Notes: generated from the sequence alone by a model not told the origin. A stretch of DNA of 64,000 nt from Chrysomallon squamiferum (GCA_012295275.1 CM022679.1:19840001-19904000), one strand, 5' to 3'. Positions 1-64,000 are shown, counted from the stretch's first letter. Numbers and translations are program-made.

Positions 1-349
1 AGATATAATTACTAAAAATGTGCGAACATCCACAAAACTGTGTTTTAATATCAACATTCTTCTTATTTTGTGAACGGCAGTCTTACAACCTAGTTTTGTC
101 TCTTCACATGGTACAATATCATGAATATGAATCAGCAGCGTGCAAAAATTTAGAAAAATTATAAAAGTAATAAATAAATAAATAAATATTTTCATTTATT
201 TATTTTTAGGTTTACACGACAGGTTGAGCAACTATTCATGAAAGTAACATTATGAAAAATAAATATTTACATGTATCGTAAGAAGTTTATTTTCGTTTCG
301 GTGTTTAAAGCGAACATATTTGTTAAAACAAAATACAACAGAATAACCC

Positions 350-392
350 ATGCTCGCGCCACTACTGGCTGCTTTGACCAATCACCGGTTGA
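350..392 (+). promoter_or_regulatory. Putative PRKDC proximal promoter elements: E2F-like GCTCGCGCC (352-360) and CCAAT box TGACCAATCA (CCAAT at 378-382)
   Basis: This is a small CpG-containing patch in otherwise AT-rich DNA, ~80-110 nt upstream of the ATG at 462. Motif matches only; the TSS is unknown. Confidence 0.4.
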
Positions 393-461
393 TGTTCACA
401 GAGGTGTATATTATTTATATTGTTGTAACTTGTTGATGTAGTGTTCCGCTATTTTACTGCA

Positions 462-52637
<52,176 letters not shown>

Positions 52638-52655
<18 letters not shown>

Positions 52656-52795
52656 AGCAGTGAGTATATTAATGTGACTGCAGCTTCCTGGGAACTATGT
52701 GTTTGAAGCAGTGAAAACAGTATTGTAATTTCAGCTTAGTGGAGTTAATGTGTTTGCAAAACACAATCAGAATTAATGTATGCAGCTTAATACAG
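52638..52795 (+). repeat. Degenerate 51-bp tandem repeat (~3 units) spanning the PRKDC stop codon and proximal 3' UTR
   Basis: Units start at 52638, 52689 and 52740 (TGGGA..ATG(G/T)GT....AAGCAGTGA......T..TGT...T(G/T)CAGCTT); unit 3 is the most diverged. Confidence 0.6.
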
Positions 52796-55034
52796 AACTG
52801 TTTGTGTTAATTAATCTTTAAGATAAAGGTCATTTCAGAATAAAGAATATGTTGAATGAAAAATGTATTCATCTGAATCAACACAGCTGTGACACAGGAA
52901 TACATCTGCAGTTTGGTTTTAAATGGTTTATGTTAATGAACAGTTAAGTGATAAAATTGTTATCTGTTTACTTATAATAAAGATTGTTAAATGAACATTC
53001 AGAAGAGGAGAACACAGTTTGCAACATACCTTAGAACTTTGTGTTCAACATGAAACCTGATCACAGCTGCAGTTTAACTTAGAAATGTTTGTTTCTTAAT
53101 GAATGAGATAAAACTCAGATAACTGCAGTTTTATTTAGTCCTGTTTTGTTAATAAACAAAACTGAAAGATGGACTGAGAGTCACTTTAAAGAAATAAAGG
53201 AGCTTTATGGTCTCAGTTGAAAATAGTGTAAAGCTTTGATATATACAAAAATAAAAGTACAATTAATTTAGTTTAATTTAGAATGAAGATTAAATAATGT
53301 TTGTATGTTGTTGAAAATCAGTACAAAACTCTGGAAGAGAAACATCTGCAGCTTTCTTCATCTTGTGTAAAAACTGTTGCAAATCCACATGAAGCTGTGA
53401 GAGAATACAAGAATTATAACTTTGTTTAAAATGATGATTTCTGTCTGTTGGTGTTTAAATTATACATAAAACTTTAGGAAAAACAAAAAGGTTTTATTTC
53501 AAAAACAAACTGTTGTTGAATATCTAGATAAAGGTGTACATATCATTGTTGTTGAAAATGTATATTAATATATGAGAGAGATATCCAATTACAACTTAAT
53601 CATTGTTTTAAAAAGACTGACTTAACTAGCACTCAACATTTTCTTGTTAACTGCCATTATGAATGCAAAACTAGGACTCGGTAACCTTTTAAAGAATTTT
53701 ATATTTTAAAGAGCTGATCATTATATTGTAATATCATATTATATCATGATTCTGTCTACCAAAATTATCATTATTATAATCTTTTTTTACTTCTTTTTTT
53801 AAACTGAAACTTTAATTATTTAGAAAGTAAAACTTTTTTTCTAGAAATTCTTGGACTCCTTTGTAAGACTCGTAATAAGGTATCTAATAATTATTATTAT
53901 CTAACATATTTATATGTTGTAACAAGTTGATCAGTGTTGATGTCTATAATATTTAGAATGTTTACAGTACAGGGTTTCCTGAGTTCTGTATTATACAGTG
54001 ATAGTGAAAGACATTCATTAAATTATTTTTCTATAAATAAATAACTAGATGCATTTTGTATTGAGTATTTGAAATATTGAATAAGAAAATACTATGAAAA
54101 TGTATTTGTTAACAAAATAAAAAGTTTCACTGGTAATGAATGTTGTAAAAGTTTAAATGACTAGTTATTCATATCAGGTTATTGTGATTCATAACATGTT
54201 TGTGACAGGTAACAGGTCTGAAATAAAGTAATTTTCTTAACATCTATTTGCCATGTATTCATATCTTATGTCAGACATACTGAACTGTAATAATAAAAAT
54301 TAAATATTAATGAAATGGATTATGGAGAAAACTGAAGGAAATAAGGAGGTATATACAGGGAGATGGCTTTCCCCTACTTTCTAATTTCCAGGTTATATCC
54401 AGTTTCTAGTATAAAGTTAGAGAAGTTTATAAGTAGCTGTCCTTTGTCAGGTTTCTTGCAATTAAATTAACTTTTTCCTTTCTTTCTATAAATAATTATA
54501 CATGCATATTTTACTTGGCTGTAATAAACAACATATGCATTAAGTAAAAAACAAAAACACTATCTTTAATGAATTAATAGTTTTATGCTGAGACATGCAC
54601 AGCTCCTACTAGTGAGAACATGGTTGTTGTAAAGTAGTTTAGTGAGAGATGCATTTGTCCATTGTAAATTCAAATCAGTTATCTAGACTCCTTTTTTACA
54701 TGATCTTCATAAATCAGAAATGTAGTTACCACACGCTTCAGTTAGTTTGTTATTGTTGAGTACTTTTTTATTAATTGCTCCAGTTAAAATCTGATTGTAA
54801 CCCCCTTCCTTCCCAATCTCAGGTTCATGATCTTTAGCATACTTGTGTTTCCTGAAACCCATTTCCACCATTAGAGTGAAGTAAAATGTATCGGGTATGA
54901 TGAAGAATCTGACATCTGTGTTCAAAATATTTGTTCTTATATGCATTTCATCTCTTGCAAACCAGTAATATATGAATATGTTGATATACCATGTGATGAG
55001 GTTAGGCTTGTTTTGAAACATCTAATAAGTTCTG

Positions 55035-55177
55035 TTAACATACAACATTAAGAGGCCAGTCACAGTATTTGTTTTGGTCATTAAACAAAAGACCTTTAGG
55101 ACAAAACTGAGCATCAAACTTGATGCCTTGATAGCACTGATAGAATCCTGAACAATCACTTTCAAGTCGATGTATAC
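55035..55177 (-). other. Chitinase last exon: chitin-binding peritrophin-A/CBM14 domain
   Basis: (C)[49 protein letters not shown] has six Cys with CP-GL-F and CDW motifs. Absent from the ORF track. Confidence 0.9.
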
Positions 55178-56235
55178 CTGAAAATACAGGTTAAATATAA
55201 AATTCCAAATTAGAGTTTGATATTATCAACAAACTGATCATGATTTTGTAATAATAACTACATAACAAAATAAGAAAATATTTGGCTGCATATATACACA
55301 TTAATCTTTTAAAATAAATTTTAGTATAATTCATTTCATTTGGATTATTGTCTTATGCCAACTGTTATATACTATCAGCAACAACATGAAACCAAGTACG
55401 TACATACAATAATTTCTTTTTAGAAATTTCCCCTCAGTCTATTTCTCTTATAAAAATGAAATTTTAGGAGAATTACATTTTAACTGAGTTTCTTTTTATT
55501 CTGACATACTTGTATATATCTATTATTAGTTGTATTCAGTAACTGATTAACTGAAAGATGTTAAAAACATTTTCTTTAATACTAACCGTCAGCACATGGT
55601 TGATTAGTGCCTGAAAGGATGTTGTTTTCTCCAGTATTTGTTACAGATGGTGTAGTTTCACCAGCTGTTCCCGAACTCCTAAGTATTTCTTGCCTGCTGT
55701 TATTTTCCCTCCCCGTGACAGTAACAGAGGCCGTGAGACTGCTACACGAGGGTGAAGGTCCTTCAAGGACATTTTTAACAGAACAAAGCAAAGGAAACTT
55801 TCCTTCACCACAGAGGTTGTTGAAGTCGTCAAAGTCTATTGTCCAAAACATTACCCCTCCAAAGTTCTTACTTTTGACATACTGTGCCTGTAAATTGAGA
55901 AAAACAAAATGTGTGTTCTGTTGCTGTCAACGTATATGGTTCGAACTGTTAAACAAAAATAATTTATTTATAGGAGCAGTCAATGAACTCGTCCTGTTAA
56001 GAGCCTGATGCATGTTTAAAATCTTCAAATAGCTTCAGAATATTATATTTTAAGATCAGCTGAACCGACTTCTGTCAAAGATAATTATCACTGCTGGCGG
56101 TTTAAACGTCGATTTTAATGTATGCTCAGAATTAATAAATGCACGTTACGCACGTACGTGGTCATGTTATTTTAATGATTATTTTGATATGGAACATTCA
56201 GAACACTTTCTACATTGATTAAATAAAACAGAGAG

Positions 56236-56274
<39 letters not shown>

Positions 56275-59200
56275 AAATACTATTATAGTGGTTTTAGCCA
56301 AAACTGTTAATCGCGACAAAATATTTAATTATTTAGCTGTTACCTTTTCAGTGACGCTCTGTGGATTGTCGTAACTTGCCCAGAACTCTCCATCAACAAG
56401 GTAAGGAACTCGACCTTCCGAGTCAAACATTTTCTTAGCATGTGATAGTTTTGTACAGACCTAAACAAGGTATTTTTAAATTACTCAGTACAAAGTAGTA
56501 ATATTTTTAAATTAATCATAAGAAGAAGAAGAAAAAGAAAAAGGCTCACACTGGGAAAATCCTAGTCCCGGTTTTAACACTACATAAAATAAAAAATGTT
56601 TCATTGGACCGATATATTCATCACAATCGGGGAACCCTCTATATTGTAATTCTGGATTTAATATTTATAATTTGTTCACGTTAATGGCCAGATATTTGTT
56701 TAATTAAACTGAATTTCAGTACTTGAGCATTGTGAATTTAACACAGTTTGTTACAATTTCAACAAGCATTATATTATGTAGGTCACATTTAATACTAAAT
56801 GATCTTGCCTCATAATATGACAGTGTTCCACTTTGCTGAGAATATTTTTGAATCTGGCCAGGTTTGCTTGCTGGTGCTCCAATTCCATTTTCACGAATTG
56901 AATCCAGCATCCAGCTTCGACCATATGTGGCTATTCCAAGATTCAACTTTTCCTTTGGCGCCCCCATCTTCATCCAGTACTGCATAGCCCAATCCTAAAT
57001 ATAAACACTTATAACTAGGACTTCTTCTAAACATCTATTTATATGATGAAAAAATAAAAATAAAATAGTTAATTTATAAGGATTTGGACTGTTCTATTAT
57101 ATTAATTATTTTAATGGCATATGGTTATGTATATATGTTTAGCAACTGTTTTTGTTTGTATAACTGACAAGCAAGCATTAAATACAAAAGTACCGTATTA
57201 AGGGTTGTATGTCCCAGTGCGTCGGCCTGTCTTTTATACAGTGGGCTGTTCAGACCTGTGAACTTCTCCCATGAACCATGGTAGTCGTAAGTCATCACAT
57301 TAAAGAAATCAACATGCCTATAAACAACAGGATTATTAATGAAAAATATCTTATTTACTCTCTCTCTCTCTCTCTCTCTCTTAATTCATATATCAGGTAT
57401 AAGCGATATACCTTAGTAGAGACATGCTTAGGTATGCCCACGAAATTCTAGGATCTAGGTAGATGTTTGTGATGATAAAAAATTGATTATTTCAAGAGCG
57501 GAAAGATATCCAGTAAGAAATAGCCGGTTGTCCAAAAGAAGATTTTATACAGGCAAACTCTTTCTAAACGAGTTCTGGCTGATAATCAAGAGCGGCTGCT
57601 CAAGGCTGTGCAGTAGTTTACCAGTGACAGTCTGAGTGACAGGGTGTGCAAGTGTGATAAATAGCTAAAGTTTTCTTGTGACACATATTTCTGTCAGTGT
57701 CACAATCACTACCCATCTAAAACTTAAATACTTTATGGAATTTGTTAAATGCAAACGATTGATAAAAGTTTTCTGTCACTGCACAATGCACACCATTAAA
57801 AATGTAGCCTTTGTACAGTTTTTGGGACATTTTAACAGTCCATTGCTTTGTATTGCCAAGACACGTTAGGCTCATACTTCTCATCAGCTCAAAATAGATG
57901 ATGAATAAAGATATATACTCACACAAGGGTGGTAACTCAAAATATATCAGTGAATGAACATCTCTCACACAAGGGTGGTAATTAAATATATCAGTGACAG
58001 GGTAACTTCACACAAGGGCGGTAACTATCAGTGAACATCTCACACAAGGGCGGTAACTGAACATCTCTCACAAGGGCGGTAACTAAATATATCAGTGAAC
58101 ATCTCACACAAGGGCGGCAACTAAATATATCAGTGAACGTCTCACAAAAGGGCGGTAACTCTAAATGTATCAGTGAACATCTCACACAAAAGGGCGGCAA
58201 CTAAATATATCAGTGAACGTTTCTCACACAGGGCGGTAACTCTAAATGTATCAGTGAACATCTCAAAAAGGGCGGCAACTAAATATATTTCTTCACACAA
58301 GGGCGGTAACTCTAAATGTATCAGTGAACAGCACAAAAGGGCGGCAACTAAATATATCAGTGAACCATCTAAAACTAAATATATTGAACATCTCAAAAGG
58401 GCCGTAACTCTAAATATATGTTGAACATGCAAACGGGCGGTAACTCTAAATATATCAGTGAACATCTGCACAATGGGCGGCATCTAAAATATCAGTGAAC
58501 ATCTCACAAAAGGGCGTTTTCTCTAAATATTTGAACATCTCCAAAAGGGCGGTAACTCTAAATATATCAGTGAACATCTCACACAAGGGCGGCAACTAAA
58601 TATATCAGTGAACATCTCATCAGTAACTCTAAAATAGATGAACATGAATAAATATATAGTGAACATCTCACACAAGGGCCGTAACTCTAAATATATCAGT
58701 GAAATGAACTAAATATATCAGTCACACAAGGGCGGCAACTAAAAATATGAACATCACAAAGGGTGAACATATATCAGTGAACATCTCACACAAGGGCGGT
58801 AACTCTAAATATATCAGTGAACATCTCACACAAGGGCGGCAACTAAATATATCAGTGAACATCTCTCACAAAGGGCGGTAACTCTAAATATATCAGTGAA
58901 CATCTCACACAAGGGCGGCAACTAAATATATCAGTGAACGTCTCACAAACGGGCGTTAACTCTAAAAATCAGTATGGCAACTAAATATATCAGTGAACAT
59001 CTCACAAACGGGCGGTAACTAAATAAAGGGCGGCAACTAAATATATCAGTGAACATGTATCAAGGGCGGAACGTTTATATCAGTGAACATCTCACAAAGG
59101 GCGGTAACTCTAAATATATCAGTGAACATCTCGCACAAAAGGGCGGTAACTAAATATATCAGTGAACATCTCACACAAGGGCGGCAACTAAATATATCAG

Positions 59201-61669
59201 TGAACATCTCACAAAAGGGCGGTATCTCTAAATATATCAATGAACATCTCACACAAAAGGGCGGTAAACTAAATATATCAGTGAACATCTCACACAAGGG
59301 CCGTAACTCTAAATATATCAGTGAACATCTCACACAAGGGCGGCAACTAAATATATCAGTGAACATTTCACACAAGGGCGGCAACTAAATATATCAGTGA
59401 ACATCTCTCACAAAGGGCGGTAACTCTAAATATATCAGTGAACATCTCACACAAGGGCGGCAACTAAATATATCAGTGAACATCGCTCACAAACGGGCGG
59501 TAACTCTAAATATATCAGTGAACATCTCACACAAGGGTGGCAACTAAATATATCAGTGAACATCTCTGACACAAGGGCGGTAACTCTAAATATATCAGTG
59601 AACCTCTCGCACAAGGGCGGTAACTATCAGTGAACATCTCTCACAAAAGGGCGGTAACTCTAAATTTATCAGTGAACATCTCTGACACAAGGGCGGTAAC
59701 TAAATATATCGGTGAACATATCTCACACAAGGGCCGTAACTCTAAATATATCAGTGAACATCTCTCGCAGAAGAAAAAGAAACGGTACAGATTCCAGACG
59801 AGAACCGTTTATTCGCGAAATGATGAAGGAACTGACTTAAATGTAGACAATGAGGATAGACAACCCAAGCAGCCTGCTCCGCAACCGATTCAGCCGCAAT
59901 ATGCTTCTTTCAGTTATTTCTGTATTTTTTTACATTTTGCGTTATATTTCTTAGCATTTTGTGTGTAGTGTGTCTGCAAGTTTTTGTAAGGCTTCAAGTG
60001 TGCCCCGACTTCAAAAAGTTTGAGAACCACTGCCTTAGTATATCATCAGCGCTTTTGCTTCATTCATAGGAGAAAGCATATATTCGTCTTTGAACATCCA
60101 TTAGCCTTTTTTCACGTTTCACACACTGCTCTACTACTGAGTATTAAGGTCCACGGTAAGAGTGTCATTTATTAGTCAAAGAAACGTAATAAGTAATTCA
60201 GTAAAATTATGTGTTTATTATTATATTTGGTGTTGTTTTTACTAGAAAACACTACAGGCAGGTGTTTACTCACTGTGAAAGACGTGGTACGTCGTAGTAC
60301 TGTATTTTGTTCCGAGTGACGGGCACGGCAACAGCAAGGAGGTAATTTGAGGTACGACTTGACTGAACCTGACTGTTTTTGAATGCAGTATGCAAATCCT
60401 GAAATATCACAACTTTTAAACTGTTTCCATATTTTGACAAAATGTTTATCAAGGCTTTTAAATGTTTATTGACAAAGAACTGCAGATTTGATTTATTATT
60501 ATAATTTTTTTTTTAAATAAATAAACAAATAAATAATAAATAAAACTAAAAAAAATGACCTGTTACAAAGACCACAAGACAGTTGATTAAATTTAACCAA
60601 ATAATGAGACAGCTACGATTTTGTTACAATACTGAATACATTTTATTTATTTTTTATAATAGTTCATTACTAGTTTATTAAATGTCCTAATAAAAATGAA
60701 TAATACGTAATATTGCCCCCTCATATTACGATCATACAAGAAAGGTACCAAATTTATCCAATCGTAGACAATATTATTAATATGTTACTAAATGTTTATT
60801 CGTTTCTTTATTAGATTGTTTTGTTGGAAAATACAATTTACCTTCATGAGTGCTACGAAGTTGTTTCTGTCTAATGCACTAGAAGGGTATTCCCAGTCTA
60901 TATCCACTCCATCAAACCCATACTGTGTCACCTGTTTGACGACATCATCAACAAAGGCATTTCGTTTAGCATAATCTCTAGTTAGAAGAGAAAAGGGTTC
61001 GGTGCCGACATTCCAGCCTCCGACAGCAAGAAGGGTTAACAGTCGCGGGTTTTTGTTTTTCAGACTGTTTAGCTGTGCGTACCTTGAAAGGAAAGAAAGT
61101 AAGTTTCGTGATGAGTATTGGAAGTTATTTACAAATTTTTAGTGTTAAGACTGCTGATACAGGAATTTAAAACAAAAATAAAGAAAATAAAGAAAAAGAA
61201 AATTTATCGTTTGAGTACAAAATCATTTTATCAAATTAAAAGTGCTAATGTTTTTACTGATAATGTCTGCAGACAGTTTAATCTGATAATCTGGGCAGGT
61301 GACAATATGGAACTCAGTTTAGGATGAACGAAGCTTGAAATATTTCATGTAAAACAAAGAATATCTAATTACTTTGATGCAGAAATATGCTGCCAGATTG
61401 TCTTGTTGATTGAAATCTGGCTGTAATCATGGAAAGTATTGCACCTAATAACATTTATATGAAAAATATTATGCATTAAATATACTCTTGACAGTTAGAT
61501 CCTTTATTTTCAATTAAACCTTGTATTGGACATATTACTAGAGTGGGAAAAATGTAACGCATACTTGTTTCCACGTGTTCAGAACTCGAACGTATACGCA
61601 CCATAGACCTCAAAGATATTTATACCTGCATTGTATTTACATAATATTCACATATATACAAAAAGAAAC

Positions 61670-61740
<71 letters not shown>

Positions 61741-62396
61741 TACAGGTAAACAAACAGACACATACATAAGCATATACATATACATACACATAGAAACACA
61801 GACACACACTGATACACAGGTGTATTTATATCACGTCTTGTGGTTACATACATCGTGCGTTCTTCCCTGGAAGGTGAATTAAGTCTGGCCGCTGTTTTGT
61901 CAAACCCAGCAAAGGCAAAAATTATATGTGTGCAGAGGAAAGGATCGACATCAGAAATGTTAAACTTCCCTTGTCCAGGCCGCCACTTAGACCAAGAAGC
62001 GTAGTAGCAAACACGGCGAAACTTCGCTGCAAGAAGAAGCAGACTACTTGATGTAAACTGTTTTCATTTTTGTCCGTCTGTTTGCACTGAATGTCAAAAC
62101 GTATTTAAAAACAACCGTAGTTTGATGGTTCGAAAACTTTGGTTATTAGGCCATCTACTGTTGCAAAACAATCTGACATATCTTTGTATTATCTTGAAAG
62201 GTTTTCCTTTTGCTACTCTTCTATTCGTTATAATTATTGGTGTTATTATTATTCATAAGTAGACGTAACTACATGTAACTTTTTTTCCCCTTTTTCTTTA
62301 AATATTATTAATTTGATTTTTCTTTTTTATTTATAAAGACTTACCGCATTCCACAAGAGAAGCTAGGATCAGGGTTAAAAGTACTATGTACCATCG
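55035..62396 (-). CDS. Secreted GH18 chitinase (chitotriosidase/AMCase-like) with Ser/Thr-rich linker and C-terminal CBM14; 5' start exon not located
   Basis: Exons on the - strand: 62396-62345 (signal peptide [17 protein letters not shown]), 62026-61852 ([32 protein letters not shown]), 61082-60842 ([19 protein letters not shown]), 60398-60274, 57317-57194 ([10 protein letters not shown]), 56994-56809 ([20 protein letters not shown]), 56460-56344 (VC..VPY..WASYDNP), 55887-55587 ([13 protein letters not shown] plus linker), 55177-55035 (CBM14, TAA). Phases are consistent; 487 aa without the Met. Confidence 0.93.
56461..56808 (-). other. Non-canonical GC-AG intron in the chitinase gene
   Basis: Donor GAG|GCAAGA joins YYE to VC, giving the conserved GH18 YYE(V/I)C motif. 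The in-frame GT alternatives would insert 15-18 unrelated residues. Confidence 0.75.
57357..57381. repeat. (CT)n microsatellite
   Basis: Direct reading. Confidence 0.85.
57419..60032. mobile_element. Probable hAT (Buster/Charlie-type) transposon relic hosting the satellite, in a chitinase intron
   Basis: The right end ...AAAAAGTTTGAGAACCACTG (reverse complement CAGTGGTTCTCAAAC, a typical Charlie/Buster terminus) ends at 60032 and is followed by CCTTAGTA (nnnTAnnn). The same 8-mer occurs at 57411-57418. A matching left TIR is not visible. Confidence 0.5.
57878..59768. repeat. ~1.9-kb satellite/minisatellite, 38-40 bp unit TATATCAGTGAACATCTCACACAAGGGCGG(TAACTCTAAA|CAACTAAA)
   Basis: Dozens of tandem units are directly visible, and the two variants often alternate. 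Confidence 0.97.
61671..61740. repeat. (TA)n(CA)n microsatellite
   Basis: Direct reading. Confidence 0.95.
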
Positions 62397-63648
62397 CTGC
62401 GAAAAAAAAAAAAAAAATAATAATAATAATTTAAAATAATAATAATTTATATATATAAAATTAAATACTTTGAAACTCGTTTGACCGGCATGAAATCTTC
62501 TGCCATTAATCACAGAAAAGAAATATTTTCTGTTTAATGTTTACATGAATAACTAACACATATTAAGGACTTTAGAAAATCTTTCTGCAAAACGCAGTCT
62601 GGTTATGACTGTGTGTGTGTGTTAGAATGTGTATTTCACGGGTTTTATGAAGTTCAGAAAGTACAAGAGACAATCTGTTTTACATTTCAGTCAAATTAAC
62701 AACATTTAAAAATTCAACATAAGGCTATTTCTTTGTTGTTGTTGTTATTTTCATAGCTTCTGTAATCTGACATAATTATGTAAATTTATTCAATGTAATA
62801 ATCTGACATGAGATTTTATTAATCTTATTTATATGTGTGTTTCTATTTCAACAATTTCACAGTTTGGCTCGGTAAATGTTCAACCTTTTAACGTCCCAGC
62901 CATTTCACCTTAAAGATGAACAAAAACAAATATTTTTAGAACCAGTCAAAAAAAAAAAAAAAAAAAAAGAAGAAGAAGGAAAATAGTATTATTTGTAACT
63001 TGACGCTGCTGAAGTTAAGAATAATTGTAGAAAATGTTACAATGTAGAACCAAGCCCATACCACATCTCTTTTTTTTTTTTTTTTGACAACCAAATAGAT
63101 TTTTTTTCACATAAAATTCCTTTTATTGAGGATGTCTTGTACGATACATGGAGCTCTCCTAGTAGCTGTGTTGTTAATTTTAAAACGTTTAGGTATTAAA
63201 AGGTGAAAGGTCAGGAAGAGTGCGAGAAGTTAAGTATTTAATACTGATGACTGATATTGTGTAGTACACAAACAAGATAAATAGCGATAGAATACAAAAC
63301 GTGACTTCACATTATAAAATTAATTGCGCTTGTAAGAGAAAGGTGAAAAAAAGGAGTGCACTTGTTTTTCGTTAGCATGACAGCTGCAATAAGAATGAGA
63401 TGACTTAACATTTTTGACTACTTCTTCAGTTTTAAGACACGCATTCAGGCCTTCTTGGTGTGTTAGTTGCATTATTTTCCTTCCAGCAACAAAAAAAAAA
63501 AATCATAGATTTTAATTTCAACATTATGTAGAGGAGAAAATCAGTCCTCCTCTGTCCATCCATACTAATGTTTCCCGTTCAAGTCAAAGCTCTGCGAGAA
63601 GTTTTTAAAATTATGTGTTATGGATTTTTGTTAGTGTTTCACACTGAA

Positions 63649-63845
63649 GACCCCACAATAAGAGAAGTTAACATTAAAACGTTTTTGTCTATGTCTATCT
63701 ATCAATCTATATATATATAAATTACATTTTTCTTGGTGTTGGATGATTCATATGAAAGAACCCATAATAAGAGTAGCTAATATTAAAACGTTTTTATCTA
63801 TCTATCTATCTATCTATCTATATATCTATCTATCTATCTATTTAT
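63649..63845. repeat. Imperfect direct duplication (ACCC..AATAAGAG.AG.TAA.ATTAAAACGTTTTT.TCTAT..) at ~63650 and ~63760, ending in (TCTA)n
   Basis: Two similar ~55-bp blocks about 110 bp apart. Confidence 0.7.
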
Positions 63846-63898
63846 ATGCGCATATGTGTGTATATGTTCATATATATATATACATACCTTTGTAAATG

Positions 63899-63976
63899 TT
63901 ATTATTATTATTATTATTATTACTATTATGATTATGATTATTGTTATTATGATTATTATTATTATTATTATTATTA
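63899..63976. repeat. Imperfect (ATT)n microsatellite
   Basis: Direct reading. Confidence 0.9.
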
Positions 63977-64000
63977 AAATCAAGAAGGATTTTGATAATT

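Noticed and set aside
54707-55021. 104-aa - strand ORF just after the chitinase stop
   Set aside because: It lies in the presumptive 3' UTR and has no recognisable domain or splice support.
55607-56008. 133-aa + strand ORF
   Set aside because: It is the antisense shadow of chitinase exon 55887-55587.
57395-57413. Hairpin AGGTATA-AGCGA-TATACCT as a Helitron 3' end
   Set aside because: The stem is AT-rich, there is no properly placed CTRR terminus, and no matching 5' end was found.
57878-59768. CRISPR-like array
   Set aside because: The units are head-to-tail with no unique spacers, there are no cas genes, and the context is eukaryotic. It is a satellite.
57717-59968. Repetitive ORFs on both strands (MFTDIF.., NISVNISH..)
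   Set aside because: They are translations of the satellite with shifting frames and no coding signature.
60842-61082. Catalytically dead chitinase-like lectin
   Set aside because: The [11 protein letters not shown] motif retains both Asp residues and the catalytic Glu.

Overview
AT-rich, intron-dense eukaryotic DNA from an invertebrate animal (a mollusc or other lophotrochozoan is plausible, but I cannot prove it). There are two convergent protein-coding genes. (1) On the + strand is a complete DNA-PKcs/PRKDC gene, 462..52655. Reconstructed by hand it has 95 coding exons summing to 12,327 nt (4,108 aa plus stop) in one continuous frame, with HEAT-repeat, ABCDE S/T-Q cluster, FAT, PIKK kinase and FATC regions. 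(2) On the - strand is a secreted GH18 chitinase with an intact DxDxE motif and a C-terminal CBM14 chitin-binding domain, 62396..55035. Nine coding exons are visible and the start Met was not located. Each gene needs one GC-AG intron. The introns carry a Mutator-like element with a 9-bp TSD and a decayed FLYWCH transposase start, and a ~1.9-kb 38/40-bp satellite inside a probable hAT (Buster/Charlie-type) relic. Several small tandem repeats begin exactly at exon boundaries, and there is one antisense Cys/His-rich micro-ORF with splice signals. Most ORFs in the supplied track are exon-plus-intron read-throughs or low-complexity artefacts. I found no clearly new biological system; the best leads are listed as findings.
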